Shown: positions 29,363 to 39,618 of the stretch, piece after piece
How positions within the stretch are numbered: position 1 is the first letter of the stretch
How the letters are laid out: the number at the start of each line of letters is the position of its first letter
Assembly: GCA_036012155.1 (NCBI GenBank)
Contig: DASCOT010000113.1
Coordinates: 14,870 to 78,869, forward strand
Reading direction: 5' to 3'
Length of the DNA stretch: 64,000 nucleotides
Source: Acidobacteriota bacterium
GTDB taxonomy: Bacteria > Acidobacteriota > UBA890 > WLXD01
Notes under the pieces: generated by a model
Databases searched by the model: none
What the model was told of the DNA's origin: nothing
Seen by the model: only the letters and a program-made list of their open reading frames with translations
Program-made: the position numbers and the translations under genes

Positions 29363-30992
29363 TCGTTGACGGCGGCTTTGTGGATATGTCGTAGACGACG
29401 CGGTTCACGCCTTCGACTTCGTTGACGATGCGTGCCGCCGCCTGCTGCAGGACGCCATACGGAAGCGGCGCCCAATCCGCCGTCATTCCATCAACCGAAT
29501 TCACGGCGCGCAGAGCGATTACCTCGTCGTAGGTACGCCGATCCCCCATGACACCGACAGTGCGAACGGGGAGCAGCACCGCAAACGCCTGCCAGACAGC
29601 GTCATACTGATCTGCACGCCGGATCTCCTCGATGAAGATCGCGTCGGCTCCCCGAACGCGCTCGAGCCGCTCCTCATCGATCGGACCCAGCACCCTCACG
29701 GCAAGCCCGGGGCCAGGGAACGGATGCCGCTGCACGAACTCGTCGTCGAGCCCGAGCTCCACTCCCAGACGCCTTACCTCGTCTTTGAAAAGCTCCCGCA
29801 ACGGCTCGATCAGGCCCATCGGCATGTGCTCAGGAAGACCACCGACGTTGTGATGGCTCTTGATGGTCACCGAGGGACCGCGGACCGACATGCTCTCGAT
29901 CACGTCTGGATACAGCGTTCCCTGAGCAAGGAACTCGAATCGTTCGCTGCGAGCGCTGGCTAAGAGCTCGGCTTCATGAGCGAACACCGCGATAAACTCC
30001 CGGCCTATGATCTTTCGCTTGGTTTCGGGATCCTCTACGCCCTCCAGCGCGTCGAGGAAACGACACCTGGCATCGACGACATGTACGGGAAACTCGAGTC
30101 GCTCCTCGAACGAAGCCTCTAGGGCCGCACGCTCGCCGAGCCTCAACAGGCCCGTATCCACCATGACGCAGACAACACGATCCCCGAGCGCCCGGCGAAG
30201 CAGCAGCGCGGTAACGGCCGAGTCGACGCCTCCCGACAGTGCGCACAGGACACTGGCGTCGCCAACCTTGGCACGCACGTCTGCGACCAGCTCATCGACG
30301 AAAGCCTCGGGCGTCCAGGTTGGCATACAGCCACAAATATCGAAGACGAAGTTGCTCAGCAGCTTGGCTCCCCGCGGCGTGTGATGGACCTCGGGATGGA
30401 ACTGGATCCCGAAGCGGCCGGCGTCATCGTTCTCGACAGCGGCAATCACGCCGTCCGACCGCGCGGTGACTCGATAGCCGGCGGGCAGGTCGCGAGCCGT
30501 ATCGCCATGGCTCATCCATACCCGGTCACCGCTCGCCCACCCGGCGAGTAGACGCGACTCGCTGGTCTCGAGCTCAACGCTCGAGCGACCGTACTCGCGC
30601 CATCTCGACGGCTCCACCCTGCCGCCCAGCTCGCTCACCAGCAGCTGCATGCCGTAGCAAATCCCCAGCACCGGAACTTCCGCCTGCAACCAATCACGGT
30701 GACAACGCGGTGCCTCGGCATCGGCGACGGACTCGGGGCCACCGGACAGCACTACCCCGGCCGGGGGGTCGTTGGCCAGAATCTCCGGCGAGGCGTGAAA
30801 CGGGAGGATCTCCGAGTACACGCCCGCCTCGCGCACGCGTCGTGCGATCAGCTGTGTGTACTGACCTCCGAAGTCCAGGATCAGGATGCGCTGTCTGCTC
30901 ACCAGGGATTGTCCTCGAAAATCGTCAAAGTACGGCGATGATCGACGGGCCACGGCGCCGACACTACGAGCCTGTGGCATTCGACCGCGCAC
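29349..30992 (-). CDS. guaA: GMP synthase (glutamine-hydrolysing)
   Basis: GATase domain (ILILDFGGQYTQLIARR), ATP-PPase SGGVDS motif, C-terminal dimerisation domain. N-terminal start uncertain (possibly up to ~30 codons shorter). Confidence 0.93.
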   Translation of the reverse strand: MRGRMPQARSVGAVARRSSPYFDDFRGQSLVSRQRILILDFGGQYTQLIARRVREAGVYSEILPFHASPEILANDPPAGVVLSGGPESVADAEAPRCHRDWLQAEVPVLGICYGMQLLVSELGGRVEPSRWREYGRSSVELETSESRLLAGWASGDRVWMSHGDTARDLPAGYRVTARSDGVIAAVENDDAGRFGIQFHPEVHHTPRGAKLLSNFVFDICGCMPTWTPEAFVDELVADVRAKVGDASVLCALSGGVDSAVTALLLRRALGDRVVCVMVDTGLLRLGERAALEASFEERLEFPVHVVDARCRFLDALEGVEDPETKRKIIGREFIAVFAHEAELLASARSERFEFLAQGTLYPDVIESMSVRGPSVTIKSHHNVGGLPEHMPMGLIEPLRELFKDEVRRLGVELGLDDEFVQRHPFPGPGLAVRVLGPIDEERLERVRGADAIFIEEIRRADQYDAVWQAFAVLLPVRTVGVMGDRRTYDEVIALRAVNSVDGMTADWAPLPYGVLQQAAARIVNEVEGVNRVVYDISTKPPSTIEWE

Positions 30993-31181
30993 TGGGTCAC
31001 TTTCCAGTCGCCCTCGTGAAGCTCGAGCAGCCAGTGTGCCAACTGCACGCCCCCCTGACGGTGCACGTTGGGTTCAATCTCGCCCTGACATCTCACGGAG
31101 CCGATCCTCAAGCTCCTCAGCGAAGTATATGGGATGAGCACCCGACGGAGACGCTGCCCTCTCCAGCGTCACGGGTACCGC

Positions 31182-33665
31182 TCACAGGAGGTTCTGTGGG
31201 TCGATATCAATGACCAGATCGCGTGGCAACCGGCTCTGTCGCTTCAGGCGTCGGATCGATCGCCTCAGATGCTCGCTCAGGTCGCCGCGAGTGGCAGCCT
31301 TGAGCAAGAGCTGGACTCGGTATCGACCACGCAATCGTGAGATCGGTGGCGATGCCGGGCCGAGCACCTCGATTCCCTCCCCCGCCTCGGCCCGCAGCGC
31401 GGCCGCCAGGTAATCTGCCTCCTCGCGCACCGACGATGCGAGCTTGCCCCTGCAAACACACGCTGCAAGCGCCACGAAGGGCGGGTAGCGCAACCGCAGA
31501 CGATACTCGATCTCACGGTCATAGAACGCAACGAAGTCATGGCGCATCGCGGCCTCGATGGCGTAGTGATCTGGTTGGTGCGCCTGCAGAATCACCTCTC
31601 CAGCAACCTCACCCCGACCGGCTCGCCCCGCCATCTGCGTCAATAGCTGGAAGGTACGCTCCGCGGCACGGAAGTCGGGCATCGACAACGCCGAGTCGGC
31701 GCCGACGACCCCTACCAGCGTCACGCCGGGAAAGTCGTGTCCTTTGGCCAGCATCTGCGTCCCGACAAGCACATCGATATCGCCCATCCCGAAGCTCGAC
31801 AGGATACGTGCATGGGCACCACGTCGCTGCGTCTGGTCGGCATCGAAGCGGTCGATACGCGCGCCCGGGAATCGCTGTCTGAGCGCCGCCTGCAGGCGTT
31901 CGGTGCCGTGGCCGATGTCTTGCAAGACCGACGCGCCGCAGCCAACGCACACGCTGGGTACCGGCGCGCGGTGATCGCAGTAGTGGCAACGCAGCGTCCG
32001 ATCTGATCGATGGACGGTGAGACTCACCGCGCAATGCGGGCATTCCACGCGCTCACCGCAGACTCGGCAGAGGAGCACCGCGGCGAACCCCCGACGATTG
32101 AGCAGGATCAGCACCTGCTCGCGACGCTCAAGGCGTGCCGCGATGCTCTCCTCCAGCCGCCTCGAGACCAAGCTGCGTCCGCACTCCTTCCATTCCCGCC
32201 GCATGTCGACGAGGGTTACCTCGGGCATCGGTTGTCGACGCACGCGCTGCGGTAGACGCAGCAGCTCCCACGCCGCGGAGGATGCTTGCCGGTAGCTCTC
32301 CACCGCCGGCGTCGCCGACCCCATCAATACGGCCGCACCCTCTAGACGAGCACGCCAGCGCGCTACGTCGCGGCCGTTGTAGCGGGGTCTCTCATCCTGC
32401 TTGTAGGCGCCGTCCTGCTCCTCGTCAATGACGATAAGTCCAACGTCGTCAAGCGGCGCGAACACCGCCGAGCGCGGGCCCACCACCACACGCGATTCGC
32501 CGCGCCGAACACGCCACCAGGCGCGGGCACGGGCCCCATCGGCCATACCGGAATGCAGCACCGAGACTCGATCGCCGAGCACTGCCCGGGCGCGCTCGTC
32601 GAGCTGAGGCGTGAGACCGATCTCTGGGACCAGCAGCAGCGCCGATCGTCCAGCGCGCAGGGCATGCGCCGCCGCTCGCAGGTAGACCTCGGTCTTGCCG
32701 CTGCCAGTCACCCCGTGCAACAACACCGGGTGCAGGGCCCGCTCATCGATGGCCCGCTCGACCTCGGAAAGAGCTCGCTCCTGATCGACGGTAAGCGCAA
32801 ACCCACCGGCACCGCCGGCGCCGAGCTGCCAGGCGGCAGTATCGTCCCGTGGTCGGCGCTCGAGCTCGACCAGCCCCTTACGCTCGAGCGCCGACAGCAC
32901 CGAGTGCGCCACACCGTGGCACTTGAGCATGGTCGCCGCGTCGATCGTATTCGACGATTCGGCCAGCAGCGCTTCCAGAGCGCGCCGCTGGACGGGCGCC
33001 CGCACGGTAGCTTCATGGGCCACCGTCGCATCGACGTCCGGAATCAGCCGGGCAACGACCCGATGCGCCCCCGGCTCGGCACCGCTCCACTCGTCACGCA
33101 CGTCGGCGATCCCCGCAGCGCTCAGCTCGTAGAGCGCCCCGTGGAGTGCTTGCCCTCCGACCCGACGACGAATCGTCGAGACAGCCACCCAACGCCTCTC
33201 GGCACCGGCGTCCAGCGCCGCTTCGAATGCCGCCAGCGCTGTCGCGGACAGTCGGTCGCCTGGGGTAGGTAATCGCTCGATGCGCACCCGCCTGGCTGCA
33301 GCCGGATTCCGACTCCCGGGCGGCAGGGCCAACTGCGCCACCTCTCCCGGTCCCACCAAGTAGGTCGACGCGATCTGGTCGATCAGAACCAGCATCAGCG
33401 GGCTGATCGCCGCGTCGCGGTCAAGGCAGTCCTCCACGGCCCGTACCCGACGGGGATCGACACCGGCGGGCGGCTCCTGAGCCGTCTCGACGATGACCCC
33501 AAGCAGACTGCGTCCGCCAAAGCTCACCTGCACCCGCATTCCCGGCATTGCCCTCGATTCGAGGGCTTCTGGCACCCGATAGGAAAATGCGTCGTCGACA
33601 GGTGCGGGCACGGCAACGAGGGCGTAGCGGGCCGGCTCGTCGTAGAGCGAGCGCTGGCGCGTCAC
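31182..33665 (-). CDS. priA: primosomal protein N' (PriA helicase)
   Basis: 827 aa. Walker A GVTGSGKTEVY, DEEQD box, Cys-rich zinc-binding insert (CRVCGERVECPHC...CHYCDH). Confidence 0.93.
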   Translation of the reverse strand: MTRQRSLYDEPARYALVAVPAPVDDAFSYRVPEALESRAMPGMRVQVSFGGRSLLGVIVETAQEPPAGVDPRRVRAVEDCLDRDAAISPLMLVLIDQIASTYLVGPGEVAQLALPPGSRNPAAARRVRIERLPTPGDRLSATALAAFEAALDAGAERRWVAVSTIRRRVGGQALHGALYELSAAGIADVRDEWSGAEPGAHRVVARLIPDVDATVAHEATVRAPVQRRALEALLAESSNTIDAATMLKCHGVAHSVLSALERKGLVELERRPRDDTAAWQLGAGGAGGFALTVDQERALSEVERAIDERALHPVLLHGVTGSGKTEVYLRAAAHALRAGRSALLLVPEIGLTPQLDERARAVLGDRVSVLHSGMADGARARAWWRVRRGESRVVVGPRSAVFAPLDDVGLIVIDEEQDGAYKQDERPRYNGRDVARWRARLEGAAVLMGSATPAVESYRQASSAAWELLRLPQRVRRQPMPEVTLVDMRREWKECGRSLVSRRLEESIAARLERREQVLILLNRRGFAAVLLCRVCGERVECPHCAVSLTVHRSDRTLRCHYCDHRAPVPSVCVGCGASVLQDIGHGTERLQAALRQRFPGARIDRFDADQTQRRGAHARILSSFGMGDIDVLVGTQMLAKGHDFPGVTLVGVVGADSALSMPDFRAAERTFQLLTQMAGRAGRGEVAGEVILQAHQPDHYAIEAAMRHDFVAFYDREIEYRLRLRYPPFVALAACVCRGKLASSVREEADYLAAALRAEAGEGIEVLGPASPPISRLRGRYRVQLLLKAATRGDLSEHLRRSIRRLKRQSRLPRDLVIDIDPQNLL

Positions 33666-33717
33666 CCGCGCTGCTCGATCGGCCAGGGCCCCGACCGAAT
33701 CGAGGGCGTGGAGCCAC

Positions 33718-34422
33718 TCACGGCGCTGCGAGTCGCTCCATGACCACCTGGACGTCCTGCCACGTCTTGCCCTTGTCGGCCGGATTCCGGAGTAGATATG
33801 CGGGGTGGTAGGTGCACACTACGGGAATCCCCAGCCACTCGTGAACGCTTCCCCGCAATCGACCAAGGGGCTCGCCGGTTTGCAGCACCGACTGCGCCGC
33901 GACACGCCCGAGGAGCACGATGATCTCCGGGCGAATCGCCTCCACCTGCCTTTGTAGGAAGACCCCACACGCTTCGAGCTCGTCCGATTCGGGATTGCGA
34001 TTACGCGGCGGGCGGCACTTGACTGCGTTGGCGATGTAGACATCCTCACGACGCAGGCCCATCGCCTTGATGATGCGGTTGAGCATTTGCCCGGCACGGC
34101 CCACGAACGGCTCGCCCTGCAAGTCTTCGTCGCGCCCCGGGCCCTCGCCGATGAACATGAGTCGGGCACGCGCCGGGCCGACCCCGAAGACCACGTTCGT
34201 ACGTCCTTCACTGAGCTTGCACAAGACGCACCCAACCGTTTCTGCAGCAATTTCCTCGAGGCTCTCGCGGTCCGGTGCTGGCGTGGACGCCGCTTCGTCG
34301 GGAGTTGATGCCGCGCTCGTCGCCTTGACCTCCAAGCCCCACACTCCCTCTTCCTCGAGACGACCAAGATGCGCGGCGAGTTGGCCTCGAATGTCCTCAC
34401 CAAGGCCCACCTTTCGGCTCAC
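33718..34422 (-). CDS. udg: uracil-DNA glycosylase, family 4
   Basis: [24 protein letters not shown] and CxxC cluster typical of family 4 UDG. GTG start overlaps the coaBC stop (GTGA). The ORF is open 27 codons further upstream. Confidence 0.8.
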   Translation of the reverse strand: MSRKVGLGEDIRGQLAAHLGRLEEEGVWGLEVKATSAASTPDEAASTPAPDRESLEEIAAETVGCVLCKLSEGRTNVVFGVGPARARLMFIGEGPGRDEDLQGEPFVGRAGQMLNRIIKAMGLRREDVYIANAVKCRPPRNRNPESDELEACGVFLQRQVEAIRPEIIVLLGRVAAQSVLQTGEPLGRLRGSVHEWLGIPVVCTYHPAYLLRNPADKGKTWQDVQVVMERLAAP

Positions 34423-35651
34423 GAGCTCACCTCGGTGCGGTACGCGAGAACCGCCTCCCACACAGCACGAGCAACCTCGTGCTTGAGTGCGGGGCCGACA
34501 CATGTCCGGCCGCCGCCCCGATCGAGGATGATCACCTCGTTGTCATCGCCGCCCATGCCGCGCCCGGACGCATCGACCAGATTGCCGACAATGAGATCAC
34601 AGCCCTTGCGCTCCAGCTTTTCCCGGGCCTGGGTCTCGAGGTCGCCGGTCTCGGCGGCAAATCCTACGAGCAACGGTCGCGTGGTGCGCGTCCCCAGCTC
34701 GGCGAGAATGTCGGTGGTGCGGGTCATCTCCAGCTGAAGCGAATCTTCTCCAGCCTTCTTGATCTTGCCAGCCGCCGGTGTCGCGACCGTAAAGTCGCAG
34801 ACCGCCGCAGCCATGATGCCGATATCGCAGTCATCCACAGCCGCAAACACGGCTGCCGCCATCTGCGCCGCATTCTCCACTCGCTCGACCACGACACCCG
34901 GAGGATCGGGCAGGCACGTCGGTCCGGATATGAGTCGTACGCGCGCGCCGAGGACGGCGGCTTCAGCAGCCAGCGCATATCCCATCTTGCCACTGGACCG
35001 ATTCGTAAAGACGCGAACCGGATCCAGCATCTCACGCGTCGGGCCAGCGGTGACGAACACGTTGGCGCCGTGCAGGGGCCGGGTCACCGCACCCTCGCCC
35101 AGCAACGGGGCAGCGGCGGTGATGATCTCGCCAGGCTCCGACATGCGTCCCGGCCCGTGTCTCCCCGACGCCAGCGCGCCGCAGCCGGGACCGACCACCT
35201 GAACACCGCGCTCGCTCAGTAGCTCGAGGTTTCTCTGCACCGCCGGCTGTCGATACATGTCGTCCTCCATCGCCGGGGCGACCAACACGGGACCGGAGGC
35301 GGCCAACAGCAGCGTCGACGGGAAGTCGTCGGCGATCCCGTGCGCCATCTTGGCAATGAAATTGGCGGTGGCAGGAGCCACACAGACGAGGGCGGCACGC
35401 TCTGCCCAGCGCACGTGAGGGATCACTTCAGAGCCCAGATCTTCGAACAGCGAAGCAACGACCCGGTTGCCGGATAGTGCTGCGAACGTTGTGGGCGTGA
35501 CGAACTGCGTCGCCGCTCGCGTCATTGCCACGTGCACGTCGACGCTGAGATCGCGGAACCGCCGGACGATGTCGCAAGCCTTGTAGGCGGCGATACCGCC
35601 GCTCACCACCAGCACCACGTGTGGCTGGGGCGCTTTCGACTCAGCGCTCAT
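34419..35651 (-). CDS. coaBC: bifunctional phosphopantothenoylcysteine decarboxylase/phosphopantothenate--cysteine ligase
   Basis: 410 aa. N-terminal flavoprotein domain ([13 protein letters not shown]) and C-terminal CoaB domain. Confidence 0.93.
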   Translation of the reverse strand: MSAESKAPQPHVVLVVSGGIAAYKACDIVRRFRDLSVDVHVAMTRAATQFVTPTTFAALSGNRVVASLFEDLGSEVIPHVRWAERAALVCVAPATANFIAKMAHGIADDFPSTLLLAASGPVLVAPAMEDDMYRQPAVQRNLELLSERGVQVVGPGCGALASGRHGPGRMSEPGEIITAAAPLLGEGAVTRPLHGANVFVTAGPTREMLDPVRVFTNRSSGKMGYALAAEAAVLGARVRLISGPTCLPDPPGVVVERVENAAQMAAAVFAAVDDCDIGIMAAAVCDFTVATPAAGKIKKAGEDSLQLEMTRTTDILAELGTRTTRPLLVGFAAETGDLETQAREKLERKGCDLIVGNLVDASGRGMGGDDNEVIILDRGGGRTCVGPALKHEVARAVWEAVLAYRTEVSS

Positions 35652-35690
35652 GGCGTTCGAGCGGGCGTGACGAATGGCAACCGGCGCCCG

Positions 35691-35930
35691 CTACTCCTCC
35701 TCGGCGCTTTCCTCTTCCTCAACCGGCTCGTGCAGCCCGGCGGCCACGAGATCGGCGTCTTTCGGATCACGCACTTCCCACGGAACCTCGCCGGCATGCA
35801 CTTCCTGGATTGCCAGCGTGCTGTACTTGCGAGCATTGGAGTCGACCTTGGGGCGCGCCCCACGCATCAACTGCAGACAACGCTTGGCGGCAACTTCGAC
35901 GAACAGATATTCGCTTTCCGGCTTGCTCAT
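35691..35930 (-). CDS. rpoZ: DNA-directed RNA polymerase subunit omega
   Basis: 79 aa. YLFVEVAAKRCLQLMRGARPKV is the RpoZ signature. Acidic C-terminus. Confidence 0.88.
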   Translation of the reverse strand: MSKPESEYLFVEVAAKRCLQLMRGARPKVDSNARKYSTLAIQEVHAGEVPWEVRDPKDADLVAAGLHEPVEEEESAEEE

Positions 35931-35965
35931 CCTAGGTGCTCCAACGCATTCCGCCCGTAATTGGG

Positions 35966-36625
35966 CTATCCCTTTGCCGAACGCCGGAAGGCCGCCAGGA
36001 CAGCCTCGGCCTCCTCGACCCGTCGGGGCTGTCGGCTACGCTCAGCCCGTACGATCCCCTCAAGCTCGGCAACGGCGGATTCGAACTCATCGTTGACGAT
36101 GACGTAATCGTAGCTCAGATACTGTTCAATTTCGTGCACCGCCATCGCCAATCGGGTCGCTTGCTCAGCTTGCCGCTCCGGGTGGGAGCCATCGCGACGC
36201 CGCAGACGCCTCTCCAGGGCATCCAGAGAGGGCGGTAATACGAAGACTGTTATGGCACCGCTGAGCGCTTGCCGTACAGCGGCAGCCCCCTGAACGTCGA
36301 TAACCAAGACGGCGTCGTGGCCGGCAGCGTGTATGCGATCGACCTCGGAGCGCGGCGTGCCGTAGTAGTGGCCGTGCACCTCGGCCCACTCGAGGAACGC
36401 TTCGGCCTGACGGCGGCGGTCGAACTCCTCGACGTCGACGAAGTAATACTCACGCCCGTCCTGCTCGCCCGGGCGCGGCGCACGAGTGGTAGCCGAGACG
36501 GTGCGCTTCAGTCGATCAACCCGGTCGAGGACGGCGTCTGCCAACGTGGTCTTCCCGGCGCCGGAGGGCGCCGACACCACGAAGCAGAACGGAGCGTCGT
36601 CACTCAATGTTCTGCACCTGCTCAC
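35966..36625 (-). CDS. gmk: guanylate kinase
   Basis: P-loop VVSAPSGAGKTTL and Gmk-like body. Sits in the gmk-rpoZ-coaBC arrangement. Confidence 0.92.
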   Translation of the reverse strand: MSRCRTLSDDAPFCFVVSAPSGAGKTTLADAVLDRVDRLKRTVSATTRAPRPGEQDGREYYFVDVEEFDRRRQAEAFLEWAEVHGHYYGTPRSEVDRIHAAGHDAVLVIDVQGAAAVRQALSGAITVFVLPPSLDALERRLRRRDGSHPERQAEQATRLAMAVHEIEQYLSYDYVIVNDEFESAVAELEGIVRAERSRQPRRVEEAEAVLAAFRRSAKG

Positions 36626-37478
36626 GAATGCGCTCGAGCTCGGCCTTCAGCTCCACGACGGTGTCGGCAACCACTAGATCCTTAACCTTGGATCCGACCG
36701 TGTTGAGCTCGCGATGGACCTCCTGAATCACGAAGTCCAGCGTGCGGCCAACAGCCTCGTCGCGCTGCAATAGATCGTCGATCTTGGTCAGGTGCGACCG
36801 CAATCGAACGATCTCCTCGGTCACGTCGGCACGTTCTGCGTGGTATGCCGCTTCCTGGACGATGCGGTCCTCATCGACCTCGACCCCGGTGTCCGCGAGC
36901 AGGCTCTGGATGCGCTCGCCCAGCTGCTCGCGCAGGCGTTCAGGTAGCTCTTGCGCCGCCCCCGCGATGGTCTCCACCCCGCTACGCAGCATCGTGGTGC
37001 GGGCTATCAGATCACTTACGAGATGCTCCCCCTCACGGCGCCGCATCGCCTCCAACGAGTCGAGCGCCTGGCACACGGCAGTGTCCGCTAGCTGTCCCAG
37101 CTCCTCGTCGTCGACGGCGCCGGCCCGATCGACAACCACGCCCGGGAGCGCCAACAGAGTCTGCAGATCCGGAGTCGGCGAGGTCCCCAGTTCCTCGGCA
37201 ACGTCCCGCAGCTCGGCCAGCCAGTGCTCCAGCAGGTCGCGACGGACTCCTGGCGTGCCCGCACCCGTACCTTCGAGGGTGGCCGACAGATCCACCTTGC
37301 CCCGCTGGACGCGCTCCAGGACGCGACGACGCACCGGTTCCTCGAACGCCGCCAGCACACCCGGCAGGCGGAGCGATACGCGACAATACCTGTGGTTGAC
37401 GGCACGAACCTCGACAGTGAGCTTCAGACTCTCCGACGAAGCCTCACCACGCCCGTGCCCACTCATGCTCCGAACCAT
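36600..37478 (-). CDS. yicC: YicC-family stress-induced protein
   Basis: MVRSMSGHGRG N-terminus and YicC-like length/composition. Start set at the conserved MxRSMSG motif (the ORF is open 8 codons upstream). Confidence 0.82.
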   Translation of the reverse strand: MVRSMSGHGRGEASSESLKLTVEVRAVNHRYCRVSLRLPGVLAAFEEPVRRRVLERVQRGKVDLSATLEGTGAGTPGVRRDLLEHWLAELRDVAEELGTSPTPDLQTLLALPGVVVDRAGAVDDEELGQLADTAVCQALDSLEAMRRREGEHLVSDLIARTTMLRSGVETIAGAAQELPERLREQLGERIQSLLADTGVEVDEDRIVQEAAYHAERADVTEEIVRLRSHLTKIDDLLQRDEAVGRTLDFVIQEVHRELNTVGSKVKDLVVADTVVELKAELERIREQVQNIE

Positions 37479-37541
37479 GGCGGGCCATGTTAGCAGGGGC
37501 ACCGCGGCGCCTTGGTCCGCGTGCCCCCGCCAAACTGGATC

Positions 37542-39170
37542 TTAGTCCGTCCCGAACGCCAGCAGCACGTTCCCGGGTGCGCCGCCCAGAATCGCGTAGC
37601 CAGAGCCGATGAACATCATTCCGTCGACGATCGTCGGCGCACCGCCGCCAATCCCGCCGCCAAAGCCGGCGACGCCGTTGACGGTCTCGAACTCGCGCTG
37701 CGTGGGGTACTCCCAGAGAATGGTGCCGTCCTCGGCGGAGTAAGAGCGCAGCACGCCATTCCATGCCCCGGTGAGCACGGCGCCCGGTATGGCGCTGGCT
37801 GACGACCAATTGGCCGAGGAACACTGCCTCGCTTCAGGGTCCGGGCAGTCGTCCGGCTTCTCGATCTCCGTGTACCAGGCGCGCGAGCCATCGGCCGGTC
37901 GTATCGCGGCGATGGCTCCGGTGCCGTCACGGAACGGTAGCGGCTTGAAGTAGTACTCGCCGTCGAAGGCGCCGCCGAAGCCGCCGTTGGCCGCCGCCAG
38001 GCGATCGCCTGCCTGCGACACCCAGAGGACGGCTCCATTGTTGTCGGGATCGAGCGCCGTCGTCCGACCGCTCTCCTGGCCAGTGATTATCATGCGGCGA
38101 CCATCGGGTGCCGTGTACAGCACCGGCGCGCCCGAGGGGTCGTCGTCGGGATCGTTGACGTAACCCGGACAGTTGAGCCGTATCTCTTCCGGTGTCCGAC
38201 CGCAGCCTCCCCCGTGCCGGTCCATCGGCACTAGCTGCGTCGACCATTCTCGCGACCCGCTGTCCATGTCGAACGCCATGATGGAGACACAGGCACCACC
38301 GTCGTATCCGACCTTCTTTTCGAAGAACTCCGAGATGTAGCAGGTCCCGGAGGTCGCGTAGACGCGCCGCAGCTTGAGATCAAGCGTCGGCGCGTTCCAA
38401 ACCGCCGCACCCGCTGGCCCATACAGCTGCGTACCCGCGGAGTTCCGTCGCAGCGGTCGCGGACGCTCGGTCATGGTGAACGTCTGCCATACCGGCTGCC
38501 CGGTGTTGACGTTGATCGCTGTCACGCTGCCCTGGAACTTGCAGCACTCGTAGGTCAGCTGGCGCCCCGGGATCTGCTCCCACGACGAGACGCCGACGTA
38601 GAGGTGGCCGCCCGGAGAAGGATCGAGCGTCGGCGGCCCGGTGATCTTGGCCGCCTGATGATCGTCGGGGAGCATGGACCAGAGCTCCTCGCCGGTCTCC
38701 GCGTTCACGGCAGTGACGTAGCCCATGTAGTCGCCGAAGTAGGCCGCATGGCGGACGCCCGGAATCGCGGTGACCTGGCCGATGCTAACCGCGGTGCGAA
38801 CCTGGCCGGGCGCCTCGTACGACCAGTGAACGCAGCCCGTCTTGGCATCCAGCGCATACACGAAGTTGTTGTCGCTGCCGATGAACAGCGCCCCGCCGAC
38901 AACGGTCGGCTGCGTCCACGCGGCGGAGGCGGCGCCCGGAATCGCGAACGCCCACTTGAGCTTCAGCTGCGACATCTGCCCGGAACTCAACCCTCCTGAT
39001 TCCATCGGCTGAAAGCGGTAAGACTTCGTCGGATCAGGAGACCAACCGTTCCAGCTTGGCTGCTCGTACGGGTTGTCGAGACTCAGCGGGCTGCTGCGTG
39101 GGTTGGTCATCGCCGCCGCAGTGCGGTCGGCGGTGCCGCCGAAGGGCTTGCCGGTCACCAGCTCCGCCAT
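37542..39170 (-). CDS. PQQ-type eight-bladed beta-propeller dehydrogenase domain protein (no signal peptide of its own)
   Basis: 542 aa with repeated AxDxxTGxxxW propeller motifs (YALDAKTGCVHWSY, ...). In frame with the cytochrome c ORF, 9 nt downstream of it. Confidence 0.8.
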   Translation of the reverse strand: MAELVTGKPFGGTADRTAAAMTNPRSSPLSLDNPYEQPSWNGWSPDPTKSYRFQPMESGGLSSGQMSQLKLKWAFAIPGAASAAWTQPTVVGGALFIGSDNNFVYALDAKTGCVHWSYEAPGQVRTAVSIGQVTAIPGVRHAAYFGDYMGYVTAVNAETGEELWSMLPDDHQAAKITGPPTLDPSPGGHLYVGVSSWEQIPGRQLTYECCKFQGSVTAINVNTGQPVWQTFTMTERPRPLRRNSAGTQLYGPAGAAVWNAPTLDLKLRRVYATSGTCYISEFFEKKVGYDGGACVSIMAFDMDSGSREWSTQLVPMDRHGGGCGRTPEEIRLNCPGYVNDPDDDPSGAPVLYTAPDGRRMIITGQESGRTTALDPDNNGAVLWVSQAGDRLAAANGGFGGAFDGEYYFKPLPFRDGTGAIAAIRPADGSRAWYTEIEKPDDCPDPEARQCSSANWSSASAIPGAVLTGAWNGVLRSYSAEDGTILWEYPTQREFETVNGVAGFGGGIGGGAPTIVDGMMFIGSGYAILGGAPGNVLLAFGTD

Positions 39171-39179
39171 CGCCCGCAG

Positions 39180-39473
39180 CTACGTCTCGTTGAAGCCCTC
39201 GGCGAATTCAACCATCGGGCCGGTGGTGAGAGCCGCCAGCACACGCTCCGGTTCCAGCGTCCGAAGCGTCTGCCGGCTCGGGGCCATGCTGTCCGGACTC
39301 CGGTTGTCGTGGCAGGAAGCGCATCTCCCTTCGAAAGGCGACACCATGCTTGCGGTCGAGGCCACAGCGGTATCCTGCTGCGCCCAGGCGGGTGTGACGA
39401 GCGCGTGGACCAACAACACAGACACGGCCAGGACCGCCGTCAAGGCACCTGTCAACAAAGCTCGTCGCAGCAT
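39180..39473 (-). CDS. secreted c-type cytochrome domain protein (CxxCH)
   Basis: Signal peptide (MLRRALLTGALTAVLAVSVLLVHALVTPAWA) and heme c motif CASCH. Ends at TAG, in frame with the downstream PQQ ORF. Confidence 0.7.
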   Translation of the reverse strand: MLRRALLTGALTAVLAVSVLLVHALVTPAWAQQDTAVASTASMVSPFEGRCASCHDNRSPDSMAPSRQTLRTLEPERVLAALTTGPMVEFAEGFNET

Positions 39474-39618
39474 TCACCGTTCTCCAGCGCTGGTGATTCG
39501 ATCGTCGATTCTCCTACGGCCACGCTGCATCGTAGGGACCTCGCGGCAACAGAGCAAGAGCCGTGTTGATCTCTTCCCTGCGGCAGCAACCATTACCCGC
39601 GTAGAAGGTTGCTCGACG

